Source: Camelus ferus (Eukaryota). Taken from it: 64,000 bases of DNA. The notes beneath the pieces are model-generated. The model did not search any database. It was given only the letters and a program-made list of their open reading frames with translations, and was not told the DNA's origin. Shown piece after piece: positions 13,901 to 26,800 of the stretch. The stretch spans positions 119,290,001-119,354,000 of the forward strand of contig NC_045697.1 in NCBI RefSeq assembly GCF_009834535.1, given 5' to 3'. The first letter of the stretch is position 1; each line of letters opens with the position of its first letter. The position numbers were made by a program, and so were the translations under genes.

Positions 13901-16900
13901 GAGGTACTAGCTCCAACTAGGTTTTACAGTGAAAACTGCAGAAACTTCTAACCGGCATTAGGAAACAGACTGATAAACCACAGTAAAAATTTCTCCTGCA
14001 AACCGTTCCATTTGTGCTAGATGAACGAACGTCTCTCCACATGCTCATTTCTGAGAGATATGTGTGTGTGTAAGCAGTCCTTTAACTAGCTTGTTGGGAA
14101 CAAAAAGTTTCTTTTGAGTAGCAAACTCCACTCCATACATATATAAGGAGAGGTACTGGCTCCATATCGGTTTTACAGTGAAAACTGCAGGAAACTCTAA
14201 TCGGCACTAGGAAAAACTTGAGAAACCAGAGTAAAATTTCTCCTGCAACCAGTTCCCTTTTTTTTGCTAGAAGAACGAACGACACTCCACATGCTAGGTT
14301 CTGAGAGATAAGTCTGTGTGAAACCCGTCCTTCAACTAGCTTGTTGGGAACACAAACTTTCTTTACAGTTTCTAACTCCACTCCATACATATATATGGGG
14401 AGGTACTAGCTCCAACTCGGCTTTACAGTGAAAACTGCAGGAACTTCAAACCGGCACTAGGAAACAGACTGAGAGACCAGAGTAAAAGTTGCACCTGCAA
14501 GCCGTTCCTTTTGTGCTAGATGAACGAAAGTCTCTCCACATGCTCAGTTCTGAGAGATAAGTGTGTGTGAAAGCCGTACTTCTCCTTGCTTGTTGGCAAC
14601 ACAAAGATTCTTTTCAGTTTCAAACTCCACTATTAAATATATATAGGGAGGTACTAGCTCCAACTCTTTTTTAAAGTGAAAACTGCAGGAACTTCAAACC
14701 GGCAGTAGGAAACAGACTGAGAACCCAGAGTAAATGTTTCTCCTGCAACCCTTCCAATTGTGCTAGATGAACGAACGTCTATCCACATGCCAAATTCTGA
14801 GAGATAAGTGTGTGTGAAAGCCGTCCTTCACCTAACTTGTTGGGAACACAAAGTTTCTTTTCATGTACAAACACCACTCCTTATATATATATGGGGAGGT
14901 ACTAGCTCCAAATCAGTTTTACAGTGAAAACTGTAGGAATTTCATACCGGCACTAGGAAAAAGAATAAGAAACCAGACTTAAAATTTCTCCTGCATCCCG
15001 TTCCCTTGGTGAAAGATGAACGAAACTCTCTCCACATGCTCTGATCTGAGAGATAAGTGTGTGTGAAAGCAGTCTTTCAGCTAGTTTGTTGGGAACACAA
15101 AGTTTCTTTTCATGTGCCAAAAATAATCCATATATTTATATGGGGAAGTACTAGCTCCAGCTCGGTTTTACAGTGAAAACTGCAGGAAATTCAAACCGGC
15201 ACTAGGAAACAGATTAAGAAACCAGAGTTAAAATTTCTCCTGCAACCCGTTCCCTTTTTGCTAGATGAACGAATCTCTCTCCACATGCTCTGATCTGAGA
15301 GATAAGTGTGTGTGTAAGCAGTCCTTTAACTAGCTTGTTGGGAACACAAAGTTTCTTTTCAGTAGCAAACTCCACTCCATACATATATAAGGAGAGGTAC
15401 TAGCTCCATCTCGGTTTTACAGTGAAAAATGCAGGAACTTCTAATCGGCACTTGGAAGCAGACTGAGAAACCAGAGTAAAAGTTTCCCCTGAAAACCGTT
15501 CCTGTTTTGCTAGATGAATGAAAGTTTATCCACTTGCTCAGTTGTGAGAGATAAGTGTGTGTGAAAGCCGTCCTTCAACTACGTTGTTGGGAACACAGAG
15601 TTTCTTTTCACAAGCAAACTCCAATCCATATATATATAAGGGGAGGTACAAGCTCCAACTCGGTTTTACAGTGAAAACTGCAGGAACTTCAAACTGGCAC
15701 TAGGAAGCAGACTGAGAATCCAGAGTAATTGTTTCTCCTGCAACACGTTCTTATTGTGCTAGATGAACGAACGTCTATCCACATGCTGAGTTCTGAGGTA
15801 TAAGTGGTGTGAAAGCCGTACTTCTCCTAGCTTGTTGGGAACAGAATGATTCTTTTCAGTATCAAACTCCACTCCTTAAATATATATAGGGAGGTACTAA
15901 CTCCAACTCTATTTTAAAGTTAAAACTGCAGGAACTTCAAACCGGCATTAGGAAACAGACTGAGAAACCACAGTAAATATTTCTCCTGCAAAACTTCCAT
16001 TTGTGCTAGATGAACGAACGTCTATCTTTATGCCCAATTCTGAGAGATAAGTGTGTGTGAAAGCCGTCCTTCACATAACTTGTTGGGAACACAAAGTTTC
16101 TTTTCAGGGGCAAACCCCACTCCTTACATATATATGGGAAGGTAGTAGCTCCAAATCTGTTTTACAGTGAAAACTGCAGGAACTTCAAACCGGCAGTAGG
16201 AAACAGACTGAGAAAACAGAGTAAAAGTTTCTCCTGCAACCCGTTCCATTTTTGCTAGATGAATGAACGTCTCTCCACATTCTCAGTTCTGAGAGATAAT
16301 TGTGTGTGAAAACCGTCCTTCACCTAGCTTGTTGGGAACACAAAGTTTCTTTTCTGGTGCAAACACCACTCCATAGATATATATGGGGAAGTACTAAACC
16401 AAATCGGTTTTACAGTGAAAACTGCAGGAAATTCATACCGGCACTAGGAAACAGAATAAGAAACCAGAGATAAAATTTCTCCTGCACCCGTTCCCTTGGT
16501 GCTAGATGAAAAAAACTCCCTCCACATGCTCAGTTCTGAGAGATAAGTGTGTGTGAAACCAGTCCTTCACCTAGCTTGTTTGGAACACAAAGTTCTTTTC
16601 AGGTGCAAATTCCACTCCATACATATATATGGGGAGGTACTAGCTCCAACTCGGTTTTACAGTGAAATCTGCAGGAATTTCAAAAGGCACTAGGAAACAG
16701 ACTGACAAACCACAGTAAAAGTTTCTCCTGCAACCCGTTCCCTTTGTGCTAGATGAACGAACGTCTCTCCACATGCTCAGTTCTGAGAGTTAAGTCTGTG
16801 TGAAATCCTTCATTCACTTAACTTGTTGGGAACTCAAAGTTTCTTTTCAGGTGCAAACTCCACTCCATACATATATATGGGGAGGTACTAGCTCCAAATC

Positions 16901-19900
16901 GGTTTTACAGTGAAAACTGCAGGAATTTCATACCGGCAGTAGGAAACAGACTGATAAACCACAGTAAAAATCTCTCCTGCAACCCGTTTCATTTGTGCTA
17001 GATGAACGAAAGTCTCTCCACATGCTCAGTTCTGAGAGATAATTGTTTGTGTAAGCAGTCCTTTAACTAGCTTGTTGGGAACCCAAAGTTTCTTTTCAGT
17101 AGCAAACTCCACTCCATACATATATAAGTAGAGGTAGTAGCTCCATCTCGGTTTTACAGTGAAAACTGCAGGAAACTCAAATCGGCACTAGGAAACAGCT
17201 TGAGAAACCAGAGTAAAATTTTCTCCTGCAACCCGTTCCCTTGGTGCTAGATGAACGAACGACACTCCACATGCTAGGTTCTGAGAGATAATTCTGTGTG
17301 AAAGCCGTCCTTCACCTAGCTTGTTGGGAACACAAAGATTCTTTTCAGTATCTAACTAAACTCCATATATTTATATGGGGAGGTACTATCTCCAACTCTG
17401 TTTTACAGTGAAAACTGCAGGAACTTCAAACCAGCACTAGGAAACATACTGAGAAAACCGAGTAAAACTTTCTCCTGCAACCCCTACCATTTGTGCTAGA
17501 TGAACGAACGTAACTCCACAATCTCAGTTCTGAGAGATAAGTGTGTGTGAAAGCTGTCCTTCACCTAGTTTGTTTGGAACACAAAGCTAATTTTCAGTTT
17601 GAAACTCCACTCCATACATATATATTGGGAAGTAGTATTACCTACTCCATTTTACAGTGAAAACTGCAGGAAATTCAAACCGGCACTAGGAAACAGACTG
17701 AGAAACCACAGTAAAAGTTTCTCCTTCAACCCGTTCCATTTGTGCTACATGAACGAACGTCTCTCCACATGCTAAGTTCTGAGAGATAATTGTGTGTGTA
17801 TGCATTCCTTTAACTAGCTTGTTTGGAACACAAAGTTTCTTTTCAGTAGCAAACTCCACTCCATACATATATAAGGAGAGGTAGTAGCTCCATCTCGGTT
17901 TTATAGTGAAAACTGCAGGAAACTCAAATCGGCACTAGTAAACAGCATGAGAAACCAAAGTGAATGTTCTCCTGCAACCCATTCCCTTTTTTCTAGATGA
18001 ATGAACGTCTCTCCACATTCCCAGTTCTGAGAGATAAGTGTGTGTGAAAGCAGTCCTTCACATAACTTGTTGGGAACACAAAGTTTCTTTTCAGGTGCAA
18101 ACCCCATTCCATACATATATATGTGGAGGTACTAGCTCCAACTCGGTTTTACAGTGAAAACTGCACGAACTTCAAACCGGCACTAGGAAACAGACTGAGA
18201 AACCAGAGCAAAAGTTTCCCATGCAACACGTTCCCTTGGTGCTAGATGAACGAACGTCTCTCCACATGCTCAGTTCTGAGAGATAAGTGTGTCTGAAAGC
18301 CGTCCTTCACCTAGCATGTTAGGAACACAAAGTTTCTTTTCAGTTTCAAACTCCACTCCATACATATATATTGGGAGGTACTAATTCCTACAACGTTTTA
18401 AAGTGAAAAATGCAGGAAATTCAAAACGGCACTAGGAAATAGACTGAGAAATCAGAGTAAACTTTCTCCTGCAAGCCGTTCCTTTTGTGCTAGATGAACG
18501 AAAGTGGTCTCCACTTGCTCAGTTCTCAGAGATAAGTGTGTGCGAAAGCCGTCCTTCACCTAGGTTGTTGGGAACACAAAATTTCTTTTCAGTAGCAAAC
18601 TCCAATCCATACATATATATGGGGAGGTAATAGTTCCTACTCCATTTTACAGTGAAAACTGCAGGATCTTCAACCGGCACTAGGAAACAGACTGAGAAAC
18701 CAGAGTAAAAGTTTCTCCTGCAACACGTTCCTTTTGTGGTAGATGAACGAACGTCTGTCCACATGCTGAGTTCTGAGAGATAAGTGGGTTTGAAAGCCGT
18801 ACTTCTCCTAGCCTGTTGGGAACACAAAATTTCTTTTCAGTTTCTTACTCCACTATTTAAATATATATAGGTAAGTACTTGCTCCAACGCTTTTTTAAAG
18901 TGAAAACTGCAGGAACTTCAAACCGGCAGTAGGAAGCAGACTGAGAAACCTGAGTAAATGTTTCTCCTGCAACACTTACAATTTGTGCTAGATGAACGAA
19001 CGTCCATCCACATGCCCAATTCTGAGACATAAGTGTGTGTGAAAGCCATCTTTCACCTATCTTGTTGGTAACACAAAGTTTCTTTTCAGGTGCAAACTAT
19101 ATTCCATACATATATATGGGGAGGTACTAGTTCCAAATCGGATTTACAGTGAAAAATGCAGGAAATTCAAACCGGCACTAGGAAACAGAATGAGAAACCA
19201 GAGTAAAAGTTTCTCCTGCAACCCGTTCCATTTTTGCTAGATGAACGAACGTCTCTCCACATTCTCAGTTCTGAGAGATAAGTGTGTGTGTAAGCCGTCC
19301 TTCACCTAGTTTGTTGGGAACACAAAGATTCTTTTCAGGTGCAAACATCACTCCAAACATATATATGGGGTTGTACTAGCACCAGCTCGGTTTTACAGTG
19401 AAAACTGCAGGAACTTCAAACCGGTACTAGGAAACAGAATAAGAAACCAGAGTTAAAATTTCCCCTGCAAACCCATTCCCTTGGTGCTAGATGAACGAAA
19501 ATCTCTCCACAAGCTCAGTTCTGAGAGAAAAGTGTGTGTGAAAGCCGTCCTTCACCTAGCTTGTTGGGAACACAAAGTTTCTTTTCATGTGCAAATTCCA
19601 CTCCATAGATATATATGGGGAGTACTAGATCCAACTCGGTTTTACAGTGAAAACTGCAGGAACTTCAAACCGGCACTAGGAAACAGACTGAGAAACCAGA
19701 GTAAAAGGTTCTCCTGCAACCCGTTCCCTTTGTGCTAGATGAACGAACGTCTCTCCACATTCTCAGTTCTGACAGATAAGTGTGTGTGAAAGCAGTCCTT
19801 CACCTAGCTTGTTGGAACACAAAGATTCTTTTCATTTGCGAAAAACCACTCCATACATATATATAGGGAAGTACTAGTTCCAGCTCGGTTTTACAGTGAA

Positions 19901-22900
19901 ATCTGCAGGAATTTCAAAACGGCACTAGGAAACAAAATAAGAAACCAGATTTAAATTTCTCCTGCAAACCCGTTCCCTTGGTGCTAGATGAAAGAACTCT
20001 CTCCACATGCTCAGTTTCTGAGAGATAAGTGTGTGTGAAAGCCGTCCTTCACTTTGCTTGTTGGGAACACAAAGTTATTTCAGGTGCAAATTCCACTCCA
20101 TACATATATATGGGGAGGTACTAGCTCCAACTAGGTTTTACAGTGAAAACTGCAGAAACTTCTAACCGGCATTAGGAAACAGACTGATAAACCACAGTAA
20201 AATTTCTCCTGCAAACCGTTCCATTTGTGCTAGATGAACGAACGTCTCTCCACATGCTCATTTCTGAGAGATATGTGTGTGTGTAAGCAGTCCTTTAACT
20301 AGCTTGTTGGGAACAAAAAGTTTCTTTTGAGTAGCAAACTCCACTCCATACATATATAAGGAGAGGTACTGGCTCCATATCGGTTTTACAGTGAAAACTG
20401 CAGGAAACTCTAATCGGCACTAGGAAAAACTTGAGAAACCAGAGTAAAATTTCTCCTGCAACCAGTTCCCTTTTTTTTGCTAGAAGAACGAACGACACTC
20501 CACATGCTAGGTTCTGAGAGATAAGTCTGTGTGAAAACCCGTCCTTCAACTAGCTTGTTGGGAACACAACTTTCTTTACAGTTTCTAACTCCACTCCATA
20601 CATATATATGGGGAGGTACTAGCTCCAACTCGGCTTTACAGTGAAAACTGCAGGAACTTCAAACCGGCACTAGGAAACAGACTGAGAGACCAGAGTAAAA
20701 GTTGCACCTGCAAGCCGTTCCTTTTGTGCTAGATGAACGAAAGTCTCTCCACATGCTCAGTTCTGAGAGATAAGTGTGTGTGAAAGCCGTACTTCTCCTA
20801 GCTTGTTGGCAACACAAAGATTCTTTTCAGTTTCAAACTCCACTATTAAATATATATAGGGAGGTACTAGCTCCAACTCTTTTTTAAAGTGAAAACTGCA
20901 GGAACTTCAAACCGGCAGTAGGAAACAGACTGAGAACCCAGAGTAAATGTTTCTCCTGCAACCCTTCCAATTGTGCTAGATGAACGAACGTCTATCCACA
21001 TGCCAAATTCTGAGAGATAAGTGTGTGTGAAAGCCGTCCTTCACCTAACTTGTTGGGAACACAAAGTTTCTTTTCATGTACAAACACCACTCCTTATATA
21101 TATATGGGGAGGTACTAGCTCCAAATCAGTTTTACAGTGAAAACTGTAGGAATTTCATACCGGCACTAGGAAAAAGAATAAGAAACCAGACTTAAAATTT
21201 CTCCTGCATCCCGTTCCCTTGGTGAAAGATGAACGAAACTCTCTCCACATGCTCTGATCTGAGAGATAAGTGTGTGTGAAAGCAGTCTTTCAGCTAGTTT
21301 GTTGGGAACACAAAGTTTCTTTTCATGTGCCAAAAATAATCCATATATTTATATGGGGAAGTACTAGCTCCAGCTCGGTTTTACAGTGAAAACTGCAGGA
21401 AATTCAAACCGGCACTAGGAAACAGATTAAGAAACCAGAGTTAAAATTTCTCCTGCAACCCGTTCCCTTTTGCTAGATGAACGAATCTCTCTCCACATGC
21501 TCTGATCTGAGAGATAAGTGTGTGTGTAAGCAGTCCTTTAACTAGCTTGTTGGGAACACAAAGTTTCTTTTCAGTAGCAAACTCCACTCCATACATATAT
21601 AAGGAGAGGTACTAGCTCCATCTCGGTTTTACAGTGAAAAATGCAGGAACTTCTAATCGGCACTTGGAAGCAGACTGAGAAACCAGAGTAAAAGTTTCCC
21701 CTGAAAACCGTTCCTGTTTTGCTAGATGAATGAAAGTTTATCCACTTGCTCAGTTGTGAGAGATAAGTGTGTGTGAAAGCCGTCCTTCAACTACGTTGTT
21801 GGGAACACAGAGTTTCTTTTCACAAGCAAACTCCAATCCATATATATATAAGGGGAGGTACAAGCTCCAACTCGGTTTTACAGTGAAAACTGCAGGAACT
21901 TCAAACTGGCACTAGGAAGCAGACTGAGAATCCAGAGTAATTGTTTCTCCTGCAACACGTTCTTATTGTGCTAGATGAACGAACGTCTATCCACATGCTG
22001 AGTTCTGAGGTATAAGTGGTGTGAAAGCCGTACTTCTCCTAGCTTGTTGGGAACAGAATGATTCTTTTCAGTATCAAACTCCACTCCTTAAATATATATA
22101 GGGAGGTACTAACTCCAACTCTATTTTAAAGTTAAAACTGCAGGAACTTCAAACCGGCATTAGGAAACAGACTGAGAAACCACAGTAAATATTTCTCCTG
22201 CAAAACTTCCATTTGTGCTAGATGAACGAACGTCTATCTTTATGCCCAATTCTGAGAGATAAGTGTGTGTGAAAGCCGTCCTTCACATAACTTGTTGGGA
22301 ACACAAAGTTTCTTTTCAGGGGCAAACCCCACTCCTTACATATATATGGGAAGGTAGTAGCTCCAAATCTGTTTTACAGTGAAAACTGCAGGAACTTCAA
22401 ACCGGCAGTAGGAAACAGACTGAGAAAACAGAGTAAAAGTTTCTCCTGCAACCCGTTCCATTTTTGCTAGATGAATGAACGTCTCTCCACATTCTCAGTT
22501 CTGAGAGATAATTGTGTGTGAAAACCGTCCTTCACCTAGCTTGTTGGGAACACAAAGTTTCTTTTCTGGTGCAAACACCACTCCATAGATATATATGGGG
22601 AAGTACTAAAACCAAATCGGTTTTACAGTGAAAACTGCAGGAAATTCATACCGGCACTAGGAAACAGAATAAGAAACCAGAGATAAAATTTCTCCTGCAC
22701 CCGTTCCCTTGGTGCTAGATGAAAAAAACTCCCTCCACATGCTCAGTTCTGAGAGATAAGTGTGTGTGAAACCAGTCCTTCACCTAGCTTGTTTGGAACA
22801 CAAAGTTCTTTTCAGGTGCAAATTCCACTCCATACATATATATGGGGAGGTACTAGCTCCAACTCGGTTTTACAGTGAAATCTGCAGGAACTTCAAAAAG

Positions 22901-23870
22901 GCACTAGGAAACAGACTGAGAAACCAGAGTAAAAGTTTCTCCTGCAACCCGTTCCCTTTGTGCTAGATGAACGAACGTCTCTCCACATGCTCAGTTCTGA
23001 GAGTTAAGTCTGTGTGAAATCCTTCATTCACTTAACTTGTTGGGAACTCAAAGTTTCTTTTCAGGTGCAAACTCCACTCCATACATATATATGGGGAGGT
23101 ACTAGCTCCAAATCGGTTTTACAGTGAAAACTGCAGGAATTTCATACCGGCAGTAGGAAACAGACTGATAAACCACAGTAAAAATTTCTCCTGCAAACCG
23201 TTTCATTTGTGCTAGATGAACGAAAGTCTCTCCACATGCTCAGTTCTGAGAGATAATTGTTTGTGTAAGCAGTCCTTTAACTAGCTTGTTGGGAACCCAA
23301 AGTTTCTTTTCAGTAGCAAACTCCACTCCATACATATATAAGTAGAGGTAGTAGCTCCATCTCGGTTTTACAGTGAAAACTGCAGGAAACTCAAATCGGC
23401 ACTAGGAAACAGCTTGAGAAACCAGAGTAAAATTTTCTCCTGCAACCCGTTCCCTTGGTGCTAGATGAACGAACGACACTCCACATGCTAGGTTCTGAGA
23501 GATAATTCTGTGTGAAAGCCGTCCTTCACCTAGCTTGTTGGGAACACAAAGATTCTTTTCAGTATCTAACTAAACTCCATATATTTATATGGGGAGGTAC
23601 TATCTCCAACTCTGTTTTACAGTGAAAACTGCAGGAACTTCAAACCAGCACTAGGAAACATACTGAGAAAACCGAGTAAAACTTTCTCCTGCAACCCCTA
23701 CCATTTGTGCTAGATGAACGAACGTAACTCCACAATCTCAGTTCTGAGAGATAAGTGTGTGTGAAAGCTGTCCTTCACCTAGTTTGTTTGGAACACAAAG
23801 TTAATTTTCAGTTTGAAACTCCACTCCATACATATATATTGGGAAGTAGTATTACCTACTCCATTTTACA
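10940..23870 (+). repeat. Higher-order repeat: 2 tandem copies of a 25-monomer (~6.21 kb) unit; the first copy is expanded to 27 monomers
   Basis: Identical ORF translations at 10981/17686 and 11196/17901 (6705 bp = 27 monomers). The variant gttgcacc is at 14488 and 20701 (6213 bp = 25 monomers). Confidence 0.9.
12930..13920 (+). repeat. Local tandem duplication of a 2-monomer (494 bp) unit
   Basis: The variants aaggttctcc, ttctgacaga, catttgcgaaaacc, aaacaaaataag and agttatttcagg each occur twice, 494 bp apart (e.g. ggttct at 13001 and 13495). Confidence 0.93.
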
Positions 23871-26800
23871 GTGAAAACTGCAGGAAATTCAAACCGGCAC
23901 TAGGAAATAGACTGAGAAACCAGAGTAAAGTTTCTCCTGCAAGCAGTTCCTTTTGTGCTAGATGAACGAAAGTCTCTCCACTTGCTCAGTTCTGAGAGAT
24001 AAGTGTGTGCGAAAGCAGTCATTCACCTAGGTTGTTGGGAACACAATGTTTCTTTTCAGTAGCAAACTCCAATCCATACATATATATTGGGAGGTAATAG
24101 TTCCTACTCCGTTTTACAGTGAAAACTGCAGGATATTCAAACAGGCACTAGGAAATAGACTGAGAAACCGGAGTAAACTTTCGCCTGCATACCGTTCCTT
24201 TTGTGCTAGATGAACGAAAGTCTCTCCACTTGCTCAGTTCTGAGAGATAATTGTGTGCGAAAGCCGTCCTTCACCTAGGTTGTTGGGAACACAAAGTTTC
24301 TATTCAGTAGCAAACCCCAATCCATACATATATATGGGGAGGTAATAGTTCCTACTCCGTTTTACAGTGAAAACTGCAGGAACTTCAAACCCCCACTAGG
24401 AAACAGACTGAGAAACCAGAGTAAAAGTTTCCCTTGCAATACTTTCCCTTTTTGCTAGATGAAAGAACGTCTCTCCACATACACCGTTCTGAGAGATAAG
24501 TGTGTCTGAAAGCTGTCCTTCAACTAGCATTTTTGGAACACATAGATTCTTTACAGTTTGAAAATCCACTCCATACATATATTTCGGTAGGTACTAGCTC
24601 CAACTCGGTTTTACTGTGAAAACTGCAGATATTTCAAACCGGCACTAGGAAACAGACTGAGAGACCAGAGTAAAAGTTTCTCCTGTAACCCATTCCCTTG
24701 ATGATAGATGATCGATAGTCTCTCCACAAGCTTAGTTCTGAGGGATAAGTGTGTGCGAAAGCCGTCCTTCAACAATTTGTTTTGAACACAAAGTTTCTTT
24801 TCAGAAGCAAACACAAATCCATACATATATTTGGGGAGGTACAAGCTCCAAATCGGTTTTACAATGAAAACTGCAGGAACTTCAAACCGGCACTAGGAAA
24901 CAGACTGAGAAAACAGGGTAAATGTTTCTCCTGCAACACGTTCCTTTTGTGCTTGATGAAAGAGCGTCTATCCACATGCTGAGTTCTGAGAGATAAGTGT
25001 GTGTGAAAGCTGTACTTCTCCTAGCTTGTTGGCAACACAAAGATTCTTTTCAGTTTCAAACTCCACTACTTAAATATATATAGGGAGGTACTAGCTCCAA
25101 CTCTTTTTTAAAGTGAAAACTGCAGGAACTTCAAACCGGCAGTAGGAAACAGACTGAGAACCCAGAGTAAATGTTTCTCCTGCAACCCTTCCAATTGTGC
25201 TAGATGAACGAACGTCTATCCACATGCCAAATTCTGAGAGATAAGTGTGTGTGAAAGCCGTCCTTCACCTAACTTGTTGGGAACACAAAGTTTCTTTTCA
25301 TGTACAAACACCACTCCTTATATATATATGGGGAGGTACTAGCTCCAAATCAGTTTTACAGTGAAAACTGCAGGAACTTCAAACCGGCAGTAGGAAACAG
25401 ACTGAGACACCAGAGAAAAGTTTCTCCTGCAACCCATTCCATTTTTGCTAGATGAACGAACGTCTCACCACATTCTAAGTTCTGAGAGATAAGTGTGTGT
25501 GAAAGCAGTCCTTCACCTAGTTTGTTGGGAACACAAAGATTCTTTTCAGGTGCAAACACCACTCCATACATATATATAGGGAAGTACTAGCTCAAGATCG
25601 GATTTACAGTGAAAACTGTAGGAATTTCATACCGGCACTAGTTAAAAGAATAAGAAACCAGACTTAAAATTTCTCTTGCATCCCGTTCCCTTGGTGAAAG
25701 ATGAACGAAACTCTCTCCACATGCTCTGATCTGAGAGATAAGTGTGTGTGAAAGCAGTCCTTCACCTAGTTTGTTCGGAACACAAAGTTTCTTTTCATGT
25801 GCCAAAAATAATCCATATATTTATATGGGGAAGTACTAGCTCCAGCTCGGTTTTACAGTGAAAACTGCAGGAAATTCAAACCGGCACTAGGAAACAGATT
25901 AAGAAACCAGAGTTAAAATTTCTCCTGCAAACCGTTCCCTTTGTGCTAGAAGAACGAATCTCTCTCCACATGCTCAGTTCTGAGAGATAAGTGTGTGTGT
26001 AAGCAGTCCTTTAACTAGCTTGTTGGGAACACAAAGTTTCTTTTCAGTAGCAAACTCCACTCCATACATATATAAGGAGAGGTACTAGCTCCATCTCGGT
26101 TTTACAGTGAAAAATGCAGGAACTTCTAATCGGCACTAGGAAGCAGACTGAGAAACCAGAGTAAAAGTTTCCCCTGAAAACCGTTCCTGTTTTGCTAGAT
26201 GAATGAAAGTCTAACCACTTGCTCAGTTGTGAGAGATAAGTGTGTGTGAAAGCCGTCCTTCAACTACGTTGTTTGGAACACAGAGTTTCTTTTCACAAGC
26301 AAACTCCAATCCATACATATATAAGGGGAGGTACTAGCTCCAACTCGGTTTTACAGTGTAAACTGCAGGAACTTCAAACTGGCACTAGGAAGCAGACTGA
26401 GAATCCAGAGTAATTGTTTCTCCTGCAACACGTTCTTATTGTGCTAGATGAACGAACGTCTATCCACATGCTGAGTTCTGAGGTATAAGTGGTGTGAAAG
26501 CCGTACTTCTCCTAGCTTGTTGGGAACACAAATATTCTTTTCAGTTTCAAACTCCACTCCTTAAATATATATAGGGAGGTACTAACTCCAACTCTATTTT
26601 AAAGTGAAAACTGCAGGAACTTCAAACCGGCATTAGGAAACAGACTGAGAAACCACAGTAAATATTTCTCCTGCAAAACTTCCATTTGTGCTAGATGAAC
26701 GAACGTCTATCTATATGCCCAATTCTGAGAGATAAGTGTGTGTGAAAGCCGTCCTTCACATAACATGTTGGGAACACAAAGTTTCTTTTCAGGGGCAAAC

